64,000 nt of DNA from Octopus sinensis (Eukaryota), in NCBI RefSeq assembly GCF_006345805.1, contig NC_043009.1, forward strand, positions 62,062,001-62,126,000, in the 5' to 3' direction. The stretch's first letter is position 1; every line of letters begins with the position of its first letter. The translations under genes were made by a program, and so were the position numbers. Positions 39,684 to 52,277 of this stretch are shown one piece after another. Under the pieces are notes generated by a model. The model did not search any database. It had not been told where the DNA came from and saw nothing but the letters and a program-made list of their open reading frames with translations.

Positions 39684-39738
39684 TTACGAACGCGTTTCTA
39701 GATTAGGATTATAAACTCCATATCTTTCATCAGTGTAA
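39684..39738 (-). ncRNA. Type-I hammerhead ribozyme motif with intact core
   Basis: TTACA-CTGATGA-A AGAT..GGA/TCC..ATCT A-GAAA-CGCG-TT|CGTAA: canonical core, palindromic ACGCGT stem III, stem I with one mismatch at the junction. Confidence 0.65.
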
Positions 39739-40254
39739 CTCTCCATTTAAATCTACCCGTAAATAATTGTTGGTTTTTTTAAAAACCATTAAAACTATTA
39801 TTTACTCTTATTATATTATCTTTCTCTCTCTCTATATATATATACATACATACACACACACATTACCAGTGTCGCCTTACTGGCACTTGTGCCGGTGGTA
39901 CGTGAAAAACATTCGAGTGAGGTCGTTGCCAGTACCGCCTGACTGGCCCCCGTGCTGGTGGCACGTAAAAAGCACCCACTACACTCTTGGAGACAAAAAA
40001 GCCGAAAAAACAAAAACAGATTAGATAATGTAATGAGATGCATTGTGCCTGAATAAAATATAAGATCATCATGATTGGAATATCTTTAATCATAGGTCTG
40101 ACCAGAGGCTAAACATCAAGCACCACCAGTGATGATACTAATAGTAGGACCAACACTGACAGATATGCTGACACACTACTAGCCCTGTTGAAGTAAAATT
40201 CATGTCTTATGTTTCCCTTTTTGACCCACTCAATACCTTCTCCATCATTTTCAG

Positions 40255-40452
40255 ATAATGTTGACAAAGTGGTTGCCAATACTTCAATCTGCATACCAAG
40301 TCTTACAGATCGAAACGGGAAAACCTTCCAGGGACTACAGTCATCTGTTGCCCCGACAATGACCTTCCAAAAAGCACCCTCACTTTGTAGTAAGCCCACT
40401 TACCCAACTGGTAGCGTTAGTTGGCCAGCAAGTCGAACTGTCAATAAAGAAG
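40255..40452 (+). CDS. Gene X exon 5 (DNVDKVVANTSICIPSL...RTVNKE)
   Basis: catcattttcag acceptor, AAG|GTAGGT donor, 198 nt, phase 1-1. Confidence 0.75.
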
Positions 40453-40983
40453 GTAGGTCTGTTTGATTGGTCTCCACTTCTTAAGTTCTGTGAGGAATCA
40501 TTGGATGATGGGGGGAATTGAAGATCTGGGTTGGTCTTGAAGGAACAGTTATGGAATTGTTATATGTTGTTGTTGTTTAGGCTCAGGGTTACTATATTAT
40601 TTAACATTTTTCCTTTTCAAAAAGAGTGTGATTTGAGGGAGATTTGACTGCTTTTTCTGGCAGGTCAGTGAATTATTTAGAGCAGTGGTTCTCAACCATT
40701 TTTTACCTATGGACCCCCTTTGATTCTTATTTTACTTGGATGGACCCTTATAGCCATTTGATGTTAAAAAATCCCATTATATTTCTAGAATTAGATATTA
40801 TTAGAAACTGTATTAAAAAAAATTAAGATATTTAGTGTACTGTAAAAGTATAACAACTTGCTTACCAACCACATGGTTCTGGGTTCAGTCCCACTGCGTG
40901 GATAAATGTCTTCTACTACAGACTCAGGCTGACCAAAGCCTTGTGAGTAGATTTGGTAGACAGAAACTGAAAGAAGCCCGTTG

Positions 40984-41014
<31 letters not shown>

Positions 41015-41255
41015 TTGTCCCCATCAACATTGCTTGACATGCGATTCTGGTGTGTTTACGTCCCCGTAACTTGACGGTTTGGCAAAAAGAGACCGGTTGA
41101 GTAAGTACTAGGCTTACAAAGAATAAGTCCTGGGGTCGATTTGCTTGACTAAAAGGTGGTGCTCCAGCATGGCCGCAGTCAAATGACTGAAACAAATAAT
41201 AGAAAAGAATATGAACATCAAATGGATTTTTTTCTGTTTTCGTTTCTATTTGTAG

Positions 41256-41413
41256 CTGAATTATTATACCAAGATCCTGTCAGTGGGGCCCCTACCTCCT
41301 TTCTACAGCGATTAAATGAGATTGCAGCCCTTGAAGCTGAAACTGTTCGCCAAGAGAGAGCACGGAAACTGAAGAAGAAGAACAAACACGATAAGGAATC
41401 TTACAGCTACTGA
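41256..41413 (+). CDS. Gene X last coding exon (AELLYQDPVSGAPTSFLQRLNEIAALEAETVRQERARKLKKKNKHDKESYSY*)
   Basis: tttctatttgtag acceptor in phase 1, TGA stop, AATAAA at ~41729. Helical charged segment with a basic NLS-like KKK run. Confidence 0.8.
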
Positions 41414-42948
41414 CCATTGGTCTCGGTAAGCTCAGGTCTCAGTTGGTAGATTCAGGAAATGGCTTTATAGCACCCTGTGATGTGATGTGTAACAGGAGCC
41501 ACCGGTGCATACAGAGATATCTCGATGTGGAACAAAGTATTTCCAAGAGATCCCAGCAAACAAAGTGCCATATAGAAAGAATTGTGGGATTTCAGCCAAA
41601 ACACCCCTCACCATCCCCCATCTTACAATTTTCTCACAGGAAATCAATAATCATCCCTTCATATGAAGTCGTTGAATCAACAAAACTCTTTCTTGAAATC
41701 ATAATTAACAAAATCAGAGATTATTCTAAATAAATATTTACAAGAATATGTTTTTTAAATCTTTCTTTTGTCTATATGTACACAATCAAATAAGTTCCTG
41801 AAGTTACTGCGCTAAAGGTATATAAGAAACGGTAACTGGTCCAAGAAAGGTGGCGAGCTGGCAGAAACGTTAGCATGCCGGGCGAAATGCTTAGCAGTAT
41901 TTCACCTGCGTTATGTTGTGAGTTCAAATTCTGCCGAGGTCGACTTTGCCTTTCATCCTTTCGGGGTCGATAAATTACGTACCAGTTACGCACTGGGGTC
42001 GATGTAATCAACTTAATACCTATGTCTGTCCTTGTTTGTCCCCTCTATGTTTAGCCCCTTCTGGGTAATAAAGAAATAGGTAACTGGCAAGAAGTTTGCT
42101 TCCCAACCACATAGTTCTGGTTTCAGTCCTAGTGCATGGAACCTTGGGTAAGTGTCTACTATAGCCTCAGGCTGACCAAAGCCTTGTGAATGGATTTGAA
42201 AGAAGCCTGTTGTGTGTGTGTGTGTGTGTATATATAATATATATACCATTCAGCAGGACTGAATCAGAAACCATGTACTTCTCAGCCATGCCTGTGCCTA
42301 TATTCTTATGAAGGTTTGTCTCTCCTTGTCTTGATGTCATGTGATAGTTGTAAACAAGAGTCACCCGCATACAAGCAGTGTTGTTTGTTTCCAATCAACA
42401 CCATCGTTTAACATCCACTTTCCATGCTGGCATGGGTTGGGCAGTTTGACTGAGGACTGTCAAGTCAGTAGGCTGATCTGGCAAGGTTTCTACAGCTGGA
42501 TGTTCTTCCTAATGCCAACCACTCCAAGAGTGTAGTGGGTGTCTTTTACGTGCCACTGGCACAGGAGCCAGTCAGGGGGCACTGGCAGCAACCATGTTTG
42601 GCTGGCATTTTTTATCTTCATCAAATTATGTCCTGCCATGGGGAAATATTACTGTCCTTAGAAACAGATGAGGGTTGTTGACAGGAAGGACAAAAAAAAG
42701 TAAAAAGACCCCCTTCGGTCATGAATGATTATGGCATTGCACCAAGAAAGTTACCCTCTGAGGCACAAGTCCGGGCAAGGCTATTTTTATGGAAGACCAG
42801 CAGTCACCCATACATACCAGCCTCCTCTCTCCACACCACCAATATTATCCAAAGGCAAGTGTCTTCTGCTATAGCTTCGGGCCGACCAATGCCTTGTGAG
42901 TGGATTTGGTTGACAGAAACTGAAAGAAGCCTGTCGTATATATGTATG

Positions 42949-43028
<80 letters not shown>

Positions 43029-43789
43029 ATGTCCCCCTAGCAATGCTTGACAACCGATGCTGGTGTGTTTACGTCCCCGTGACTTAGTGGTTCGGCAACA
43101 GAGACTGATAGAATAAGTACTGGGCTTACAAAGAATAAGTCCCGGGGTCGATTTGCTCGACTAAAGGCGGTGCTCCAGCATGGCCGCAGTCAAATGACTG
43201 AAACAAGTAAAAGAGTAAAGAGTAATGCGAAATAAAGTGTCTTGCTCAAGAACACAACACACAGCCCGGTCCAGGAATTGAACTCACTACTTCATGATTG
43301 TGAGCCTGATGTTCTAACCACTGAGCCACATGTCTTCAAGAAGGGCATCCACCATAGAAACCTTGCTTCAATGAATGCTGTCTGACTGTGATGATGCTAA
43401 AGTTTCATTTCTCCTTAAGTCTTTTTAATTGTAGAGATGCTACTCAAACAGACATTCCATTTAAATAACAACACTATTGCTTATGTACCTGAAGTTGGTA
43501 GTGCTTGAACTATTTTTTTCTAGTTGTTCTATGAGAAAAATGTGTCTAGCAATGGGAAAATATCATCTTACTTGGAAACTGGTGAGAGTTAGCAACAGGA
43601 AAAGCATCTGGCCGTAGAGAATCTGTCTCAAAAAATTCTGCCTGAATCATGCAACTATGGAAAAGTAGATGTCAGATGATGGAAACTGAGATAATGTTAG
43701 GTCAATAATATCAAGATTTCCTGTTTCCATGCTATTAAATATTTCATACATCATATCAATTCACAAGAAACGATTTTACAAAGAGATCA

Positions 43790-43895
43790 AAATTATCAAT
43801 TATAAACATTTTTATTATAAGGTCAACATAAATACAAAATGGTTTGGTTGGTGCTGTTTCTGTGAATTTTGTTTCAACCAAAGAACCAAGGATCT
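43790..43895 (-). other. COX6C: Probable non-coding terminal exon of COX6C
   Basis: Strong (TTTTA)n-ttgcag acceptor at 43897-43896; AATAAA at 43816-43811. Confidence 0.45.
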
Positions 43896-44370
43896 CTGCA
43901 ATAATAAAAATAAAATAAAATAAAGAAATTAAGAATCTGTTTTTGTAGATTCAATACTTTAGCATTTATCTTCATTCAGAGTGGCCTGGTGGTTAGGGTG
44001 TTGCACTCACAATTGCAAGATAGTGGTTTCAAATTCCAGACCAGGGCTGTGGAGCTGGAGTCAGAAACAATTGAGTAGTTGGAGTCGGTAAAACAGACCC
44101 CAATCACTTGCTGTGCTTTGGAGCAAAAGAATGTTATTGCTTAGTCGTACATGTGTACATGCAATGTCGATTTGATAGAGAGAGCGATCTAAATGTCTAG
44201 CACAAATAACGGATTACTCTAAGCAAATCATGTGTGCAGGTTGTTCAGCAAGGAATTGCAAGACTCTCATCCACCATTTATGACAGGAGAGTCTGATATA
44301 AAAACCAGAGAAAGATATAAGTGTTGAGAATGGTTTAACCCTCATCAACCACACTGACAGTCATATTTAA

Positions 44371-44591
44371 CCCTTTAGCTTTTAAACTGGCCATATCCAG
44401 ACGAAAGTACTCTGCCTGTTTTATGTTCAAACCAACCAGATCTGGTCTCTCACACCAACCCTACAATATCATTTTAAAAGTTTACAGTTACCTCATCAAA
44501 ATATCATAGCTACAACATAATGCATGATTAGTTCAAAACAATGTGGATAAAAAAGGATCAATTTTGGCAGAATAATGTAAACACTAAAGGG
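44371..44591. mobile_element. piggyBac-type MITE
   Basis: TTAA|CCCTTTAG...CTAAAGGG|TTAA. Related decayed pieces at ~2130-2520. Confidence 0.8.
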
Positions 44592-45270
44592 TTAATCAAA
44601 TAAAATCTGTTATGTGTTATTTTTGGAAAAAGGAAGTTTTCCTTAATTTCAGCAAAATAGTATTTTTCAATTTTCTATTCCTGAAATGAGGAATTTATAT
44701 TATGTGTTCTTATCTTCATTGTTGATTTCACTACGTTTCAGCCCTTGTTCACTCCAGCCTTCTTCAGCACTCTTGCGCTGAACTCGGTTGTTGTATCAGA
44801 ATTTCAAACCTAACCTTTTATTTGAACCATGGAGGTACACTGTTCTCATTCCACTCTGTGTTTTTGGCTTCAGTTGATTTTTTTTCTGAATTACCATAGT
44901 GCTTTGCCCTGCACTGCACTAACCAACATCTTTACTATGTTATGCCTACAGCATAACATAATAGTAGTTTTATACTGACATACATATCTAACACTTGCAG
45001 CATTATAAATATTAAAGAGTTAAATCTTAAGCAAGATACATCATTCTACTTTATACACATATATATATAACCAGTCATCTGGTTTGCTAGTCCTCAGTCA
45101 AATCATCTAACCCATGCTAGCATGGAAAGCGGACGTTAAACAATGATGATGATGATATATATATATATATATATATATAATTATTATAGGATAAAATTTT
45201 TTTCGGGAAAAAAATTTTATCAATGGCCAGCATATCAAAAAAATGCCTTTAAAGGTAAAATTTATACATA

Positions 45271-45436
45271 ATTTACAAGATAAGGGCAGAAGAAAAATTT
45301 TAATGCCAAATATGCCGAAACAAAAAATTTTTTGTCGATAACCATTATAATTTATGCGTCTCGAAACAAACCCATAGAAATCTCTAAAAAATTCGTGATT
45401 ACCGTATTGAATTTTTCTTCTGCCCTTATCTTGTAA

Positions 45437-45438
<2 letters not shown>
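45271..45438. repeat. Perfect 29-bp inverted repeat (MITE-like)
   Basis: ATTTACAAGATAAGGGCAGAAGAAAAATT and its exact complement at 45410-45438. Confidence 0.9.
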
Positions 45439-45472
<34 letters not shown>

Positions 45473-45625
45473 TCATCATCATCGTTTAACATCCGTTTTC
45501 CGCACTAGCATGGGTTGGACGGTTCGACCGGGGATCTGGGAAGCCAGAAGGCTGCACCAGGCTCCAGTCTGATCTGGCAGTGTTTCTACAGCTGGATGCC
45601 CTTCCTAATGCCAACCACTCAGCGA

Positions 45626-45670
<45 letters not shown>

Positions 45671-45799
45671 TATATATAATGGAGAAATTACACAAAATGT
45701 ATAAACAAATGATGAGTAAAGCACCGGCACAGTTTTGATTCCCTGCTGTTATCTGTAGATTTATTGCAGGAACTTCGTAGTGGCGGTTGGGGTAACAGT

Positions 45800-46036
45800 A
45801 TTAGTAAAATAGATGCAATGTGTAATAGATTTTATTGGGTACAACACGTTTTGGCCTGTTCTGGGTCTCTTCGGGTACATCAATAAGTCTTGGATTTGAT
45901 GGACATGTAGCGATACGTAAGCTGACTCAGTAAATCCCTAGTGAAACTTTTTATTGATGTACCCCAAAGAGACCCAGAATGGCTCAAAACATGTTGTACC
46001 CAATAAAATCTATTACACATTCCATCTATTTTGTTA

Positions 46037-46038
<2 letters not shown>
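45800..46038. repeat. Inverted repeat (~85-bp arms); each arm carries a degenerate hammerhead-like motif
   Basis: Minus arm 45878-45839: GTAC-CCGAAGA-GACC(cagaaca)GGCC-AAAA-CGTG-TT-GTAC. Plus arm 45959-45999 is similar, with an ACATGT palindrome. Confidence 0.75.
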
Positions 46039-46081
<43 letters not shown>

Positions 46082-46659
46082 AAACTATCAATATCATAAA
46101 TAAGCTGTTCAAATTCAGGCAAGACACTGATCCACAGGCACCCACCAACATACCAGAAAGTATCAGCATCATAAATATTAGAAGTGTTGTTAAAACTCGA
46201 AGTACGTTGTTGTTGAAAAGCTCTAATTAGCTCTGCTTAAGTATAAGCACTCCGTCATAGTTACATTTCTGAATAATCAAGGGCTAGGTATCTCTCATAG
46301 TTATACGTCCATCTGCTGTGTTACAGAAACGTGTTCTTAAAATCATGCCATAATGTCCAATCCCACAAAGTGAGACCTATTTTCCATTCACTTCCATGCT
46401 ACATGAAAGTCAATGGGGAATACATTTCATGGAACAGAATTTCAAATATGGTAACCTTTTCTGGAATGCAATGCCTCTGTAATACAGAGGATTCTAGTAT
46501 ATGACTGCACATTGATGAAGTGGATATTCATTGGAGTTGACCCCGGGTGTGTAGTTGAGCATTCACTCTTATTTGAGTTGAGTCTGAAAATAGCAAGAAA
46601 AATATAATAGGAGTCCTACTGCCTAGAACATTGAAATACTCACAATTTCTCGAATTCCA

Positions 46660-46753
46660 TTAAAAGTCTGTGTTTATGTTTCCCTCAGCATCTATACATT
46701 GAAAAACCCCAGCGTTTTTCATTCTCTGAAAGTCAGCTTCAGCATCATAAGTT
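46660..46753 (-). CDS. COX6C: Cytochrome c oxidase subunit 6C, last coding exon (KTYDAEADFQRMKNAGVFQCIDAEGNINTDF*)
   Basis: ttttgttctttacag acceptor in phase 2; matches COX6C NYD..KDFE.M..AGIFQS; TAA at 46662-46660. Confidence 0.93.
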
Positions 46754-47261
46754 CTGTAAAGAACAAAACATTATCATTATTAAAGAATTGTTAGAACATC
46801 GAAAAAAAATACCTTGTGGCATTTCGTCTGGCTCTTTACACCTTCAATTAAAATCCTGCAGGGGTCAACTTAGTCTTTCATTCCTCACAGATTAATAATA
46901 TAAAGTACCAGTTAAATAATGAAGTTGACAGTACTGACTTACTGCCCTTCTCTCATAATTGTAGGACTTGTAACTAAATTAGAAACAATTTTTGTTGTAT
47001 TACAAGAGTTAAGTGTGATAAAGTTCACCTAATTAGTGGTGAAAATGCAATATTTTATAACTGGATGATAAGGACAGAATTGACCACAGAAGACTTCTTT
47101 GAAAAGACAAATGCAACCTGGTAGAGACTATATTTGTATGAATTGGTTGGTTTACATTTTACATACTTTATATAACACATTGTGATCTGATCAATCATAC
47201 CTGCACATATACACAATTTAAATATACAGGTAAGGTATAAGATAGCAAACACATCAGTGTG

Positions 47262-47590
47262 CATGTACGACAGAGTGTAAGTGTCTTGAGAGAAAAATTA
47301 GGCATAAGAGGCATCAGATGTGGTGTGCAAGAAAGAAGGCTGCACTGGTGTGGTCATGTCATATGATGCGTATGGATGAGGAAATGCCAATCTCTAACTG
47401 TAGAGGGGAACCTGTGGAAGAGGTAGACCCAGGAAGATATGGGATGAGGTGGTGAAGCATAATCTTTGGAATGTTGGGTCTTACAGAGGTGATGACAAGT
47501 GATGAAAACCTTTGGTGATTTACTGTGTTTGAGAAGCCACGACAAGCCAAGCGAAACTGTAGTTGTGGACAGGGCCAGCGGCATGTAAAA
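47262..47590 (+). mobile_element. RTE-clade LINE 3' end fragment
   Basis: LREKLGIRGIRCGVQERRLHWCGHV...VEGTCGRGRPRKIWDEVVK, joined to a family-C tail. Confidence 0.8.
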
Positions 47591-49977
47591 GGCACCCACT
47601 ACATTCTTGGAGTGGTTGGCATTAGGAAAGGCAATCAGCCATAGAAATCAGACTGAGGCCTGGTACAGCTCTCCAGTTTACTCATTCCAGTTAAACTGTC
47701 CAACCCATCTAACCCATGCCAGCGTGGAAAATGGATGCTAAATGATGATGATGATGATGAGACAGCTATATGCACTGATTGCACACAGATTACCCAGTAG
47801 AAGAGTCTCCCTGAATAGTTAACTCAGAGTGTTTCGAACTTCTGTTAAACTTATTACTGTCTTTAACTGCAAAATTAAAATTTCATGGCTATTCCAGTAA
47901 TGATGTCAAATATCTACCCCAAAAATATTTTCTGCAAGTCCCTTTGCCGCAACAAACTTGGCATATCTCAAATATGACATTCCTCCTCAACAAAAGGTAG
48001 ATCGGTACACAAAACTGGTCTCCGTAGTTAAGGGTAATGAAATTTTGAGTGAATATACCTGATTTCTACAGTAAAAGGGTTAAAAAGAAGGAGGAGGAAG
48101 CAGTCACCACCACCACCAGTTTACACCTACTTTTCCAATCCTGGCATGAGGCTGAGGCGGTTCATTTTTGGGGTTACAAACCCAAACAAGTTCACAGACC
48201 ATGCCCTTGTTCTTATGTCCCATTTTGGCATTGGATGCCCTTCATAACACCAACCACTTTTACAGAGAATATTAGGTGCATTTTATTATGGTACCAACAC
48301 TAGACTAGTTTGTGTGTTCTTAGCAAGACTAAAACATCTTCTCTATTCTACATTGCTACTGTTTCTTCAACTACTTCACATTGTTTACTGGGTGCATTCA
48401 TCCGGGCACCAATGCTAGAGATTCCTTGTTCTTGTAAAACTAAAGAAGTTCCCCTTTACATTGTCTCCATTCATCCACAGCCAAGAGAGGGAAGGAGAGT
48501 GATGAAGAGAATGAAAGAAGATGGATTATGAGTGTGACAAGAGTTAGAAAGTAGGAGGCAGGGAGTAACGATGCCCCCCCCCCCCAACTACTGCTCAGCA
48601 AATTTAAACCATAACGATATACTGTAGGAGAAAGATGGTGTGATCATGATTAGAAATGCAATAAGAACAGCAACCAATCAGGAGACCAGAAGTAAGTAAT
48701 AACAAGTCTGTTAGAGGCAATCATCATCATCATTTAACATCCATTTTCCATGCTGGCATGGGTTAGATGGTCTGAGTCGAACAGGCAAGTCAGAAGACTA
48801 CACCAAGCTCTGCTGTCTGTTTAGGCATGGTTTCTATGGCTGGGTGCCCTTCTTAATGCCAACAAGTGAGAGGATTATGATGATTGATTGAAGATGTTTC
48901 TGAAGGATTGATTTAAAAAAGAAAATATAAAGCAATAAGGCACAGGTATGGGCGTGAGGTTAAGTTTGGTTGGCCACCACCAGGTTTTGAACTCGGTCCC
49001 ACAGTGCAGCATATTGGACAAGTGTCTTCTACAGCCCCAAGCTGACCAAAGCCTTGTGAATAGATTTGGTAGATGGAAACTAAGAAGCGTGTTTTTTATA
49101 TAGATATATATAAAAAGCTTCTGTGTTGATGTCAGATGAAAAGCTCTGGCGATGGTGCAATGTAAAAGGCACCCAGTACACTCTGGTTTGTTGGCATTAG
49201 GAAGGGCATCCAGCTGTAGAAACTCTGCCAGATCAGATTGGAGCCCGGGCGCAGCCATCTAGTTCGCCAGTCCCCAGTCAAATCGTCCAACCCATGCTAG
49301 CATGGAAAGCGGACGTTAAACGATGATGATGATGATGATGATTGTGCGGCAAGGCCTCCCTCATTTGAAGGTATCACTTTCCACTTAAAATCTTTCATCT
49401 TCAACAAACTCCAAATCATTCTCTGGATACATTTCATCAAATTATACTTGATTTCTATTAGTCTTCAGAAATTTGCAGAAGAGCTCATCAATTGTTAATA
49501 ATATACTCTTTGGTATTTTCTCCCTCAAAGCTTCATGGTTTTAGAAGTTGGAAAAAAAAAAAAAAAAAAAGCTACTCAAAACACACGTAAACAGCACAAC
49601 ATCTTTTGGTAGACGAATGTAGATAATCTTAATTCTGCATTGGTAGCTAATCTTCAGTTGTAATTGGACCAGATTTTAACATGGGGGTTTTGCCAATTTC
49701 TGTTACACTGGAGATTTGGCTGAGCACCATGTCTGAAATTCCAGGCACATCAGAGATAAGATCCAAGCAGGTTATATTTCTTTGAGCTCAAATTTTACTG
49801 TAATAAAACAGCTCTGTTGGTTTCAATTTGCCAAAAAAAAAAAAAAAAAAACTTTTACTTCACAACCGAATGGTTAACAACAGGGAAGGTAGATAACCAA
49901 CATGAACATAAAAGTCAGTTCTACAGTGATTGTGTATATGATGAACTATATCAGGACAATATGTATTTTATCTCATG

Positions 49978-50411
49978 ACTAGCAGCATAGCCCGGCGTTG
50001 CCCGGGTATGTAAGAGCCCCTAGTAGGCAACGACTAATCCCAATCTAGTCCTTTCCCTCTTGGGAACGAAGGCGCATGTGCAGGTTGCAATATCTTCTCT
50101 TCACTCGAATACTTCTGTGTATACGATGTTCCTAGCTGTCCCTTTGGGCGATAAAAAGGTCGAGTTGTGTCCCCTAGACAGAAAATGTGTTGCATATAAA
50201 AAGCTTAGATTCTCGACCCCATGTCGAATTTATCGATCTTTTTCAGAACTGGGGGAACTTTTCAAAGTTTTCGCTGCGTTAGTTTTGAATTATGACATTG
50301 GGCTATGTGTGTGTCAAGTTTCATCAGAATCGGTTGAAAGCCGTGGTCAGGGTGAGGGTACAACCTGACAGACACACAGACAGACAAACTGCCGTTTATA
50401 TATAGAGAGAT
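49978..50411 (+). mobile_element. Non-autonomous Helitron/Helentron (DINE/HINE-like) element
   Basis: ACTAGC start, CCCGGCGTTGCCCGGG palindrome, (GACA)n microsatellite and TTTATATATAGAG end. A similar 5' piece lies at ~58231. Confidence 0.65.
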
Positions 50412-50963
50412 AACACTGATCCCTGAAGGTGCGTGGCCCAGTGGTTAGAGCATCAGGCTCACAATCATGAAGTAGTGAGTTTGATTCCCAGGCTGGGTTG
50501 TGTGTTGTGTTCTTGAGCAAGACATTTTATTTCGCATTGCTCTAGTTCACTCATCTGTAGAAGCGAGTTGTGAGATCGCTGGTGCCAAGCTGTATCAGCC
50601 TTTGCCTTTCTCCTGGATAACATTGGTGTCATGAAGAAGGAAGACTGGTATGCTCGGGTGACTGCTGGTCTTCCACAAACAACCTTGCTCAGACTTGGAG
50701 GGGAACTTTCTAAGTGCAATCCCATGGCCATTCATGACAGAAAGGGCGGGGGCTTTAACACTGGCCCTTGGTATCAAGTTGATCTGAATCTCTTGTTGGC
50801 TTTGTCTTGAACAGAGAAGACCACATTAAATAAAGGTGTCCTAAATGTAAACTGCTGGAAAGGAAGATGGGACGGGACCAGGCCTGTCTAATCAGGACTG
50901 ATCTGGGCAAAACGTTATCATCAACAGCAAAAGATCACTTGAAGTATAAAATGAATAACATAC

Positions 50964-51130
50964 TTGTAGAATTCAGCATATCTAGCTCTTCTTGGGAGTT
51001 GTACTCCGAATTTCCAGGCCAAACCAACTGAAACAGAAACAACTGTCCCAATTGCTAGTTCTAAAGGAAGTCTGGAAGTGAGAAGATTTCTCATCTTGGG
51101 TTTTGCTAATTTGGTTACAGTAGATGCCAT
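50964..51130 (-). CDS. COX6C: COX6C first coding exon (MASTVTKLAKPKMRNLL...RRARYAEFY)
   Basis: L.KP.MR.LL motif, single TM helix, R..YA.FY; acceptor AG immediately before the ATG; AA|GTATGT donor. Total ~86 aa. Confidence 0.95.
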
Positions 51131-52059
51131 CTAAAACAGAGAAATAGAAAGAGTAAAAAAAAAATTTTTTAATGAATCCATTAGGATCTTTTCTGCTTGG
51201 TTACCACTTTTCAATTTCTTCAATTTTGTTCCAATTACTTTCAAATTTGGTGTTTTGATATAGTTTTGTATGCTAATTACTGACATGAAATTCATTTTCA
51301 CCACAAGTCAATAAATAAACAGTTAATAGCTTTTAAAGTTTGCAAATTTTTTTCGTAATTTTAGCTATAGACATATAAGTGCCTGTTTCCATAGTATTTT
51401 ATGTTGCATTTTCAATATCCACCCCTTGAATGCTTAAAACTAACAAAACGTGTTGTCTACTCAGTTTTTTTTTGGTTATTTTTCACTTATTAATTGCTTA
51501 AAACATGTGCTATCATTGCAGTGTTGACATTATTGCCTTATCTTATAACTGCAGCTACACACAAAATGATAGCTTCAAAATCCTGTTTTCTGACCAGGTA
51601 AAAATGATCAAATTTTAAACCTCTGTAACTTTTCAGAAAATTTTTTTTGGAACAAGTGAATTAAGGCCCTGAGATTCAGCATGAAAAATTACATCAATAC
51701 ACCAAATTTGAAAATTTTCACTTAATTTAAAACTTTCAAAAAGTGTAGCCAAACAGAAAAGACCCATCCATATATTTCAATCAATACATCATCGTTCAAC
51801 GTCCACCTTCCATAAGCCTGCACCATACTTCTCTATCTGTTTTGGCATGGTTTTTTATGGCTTGATGCCGTTCCTATTATCAACTGCTCTGCAGAGTGGG
51901 CTGAGTGTTTTTTATGTGGCACCAGCACAGGTGAGGTCAGTTTTGGCATGGCTTTTTACAACTGGACGCTCTTCCAAATGCCAACCATTTTACATAAAGC
52001 GTTTAAGTGTGGGAATTAATCTAAATGACAAATCCTGATAAAACTGTAAGAGTGTTTAA

Positions 52060-52277
52060 CCCTTTTGTTATCAACCCAGCTGAAACCGGTTCTGGCTCTG
52101 TAATACAAATGTCTTGTTTTCATAAGTTTTGAATTAAAGTCTTCCACGAAACCTTATTCACAATTTATGTTTCTAACACTAGCTGAATAACTAAGTTATT
52201 TTACTAAATTCTTTGTTATATTTAAAGTAATTGAAAGAAACAGAGAGGATCTCAAAATAAATACAGTAGAGAAAGGG
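52060..52277. mobile_element. piggyBac-type MITE, second family
   Basis: TTAA|CCCTTT...AAAGGG|TTAA. Confidence 0.75.

Noticed and set aside
44730-44775. CTGAAGA...GAAA hammerhead-like string (minus strand)
   Set aside because: Stem I cannot pair and stem II has a G.G mismatch; too decayed to call.
46100-46583. Apparent second cistron downstream of the COX6C stop
   Set aside because: All three minus-strand frames contain multiple stops; treated as UTR.
49370-49790. Protein-like minus-strand stretches (HEALREKIPKSILLTIDELFCKF..., NITCLDLISDVPGISD...)
   Set aside because: Interrupted by stops and poly-A runs, with no usable splice phases and no recognisable family; possibly a very old TE or pseudogene.
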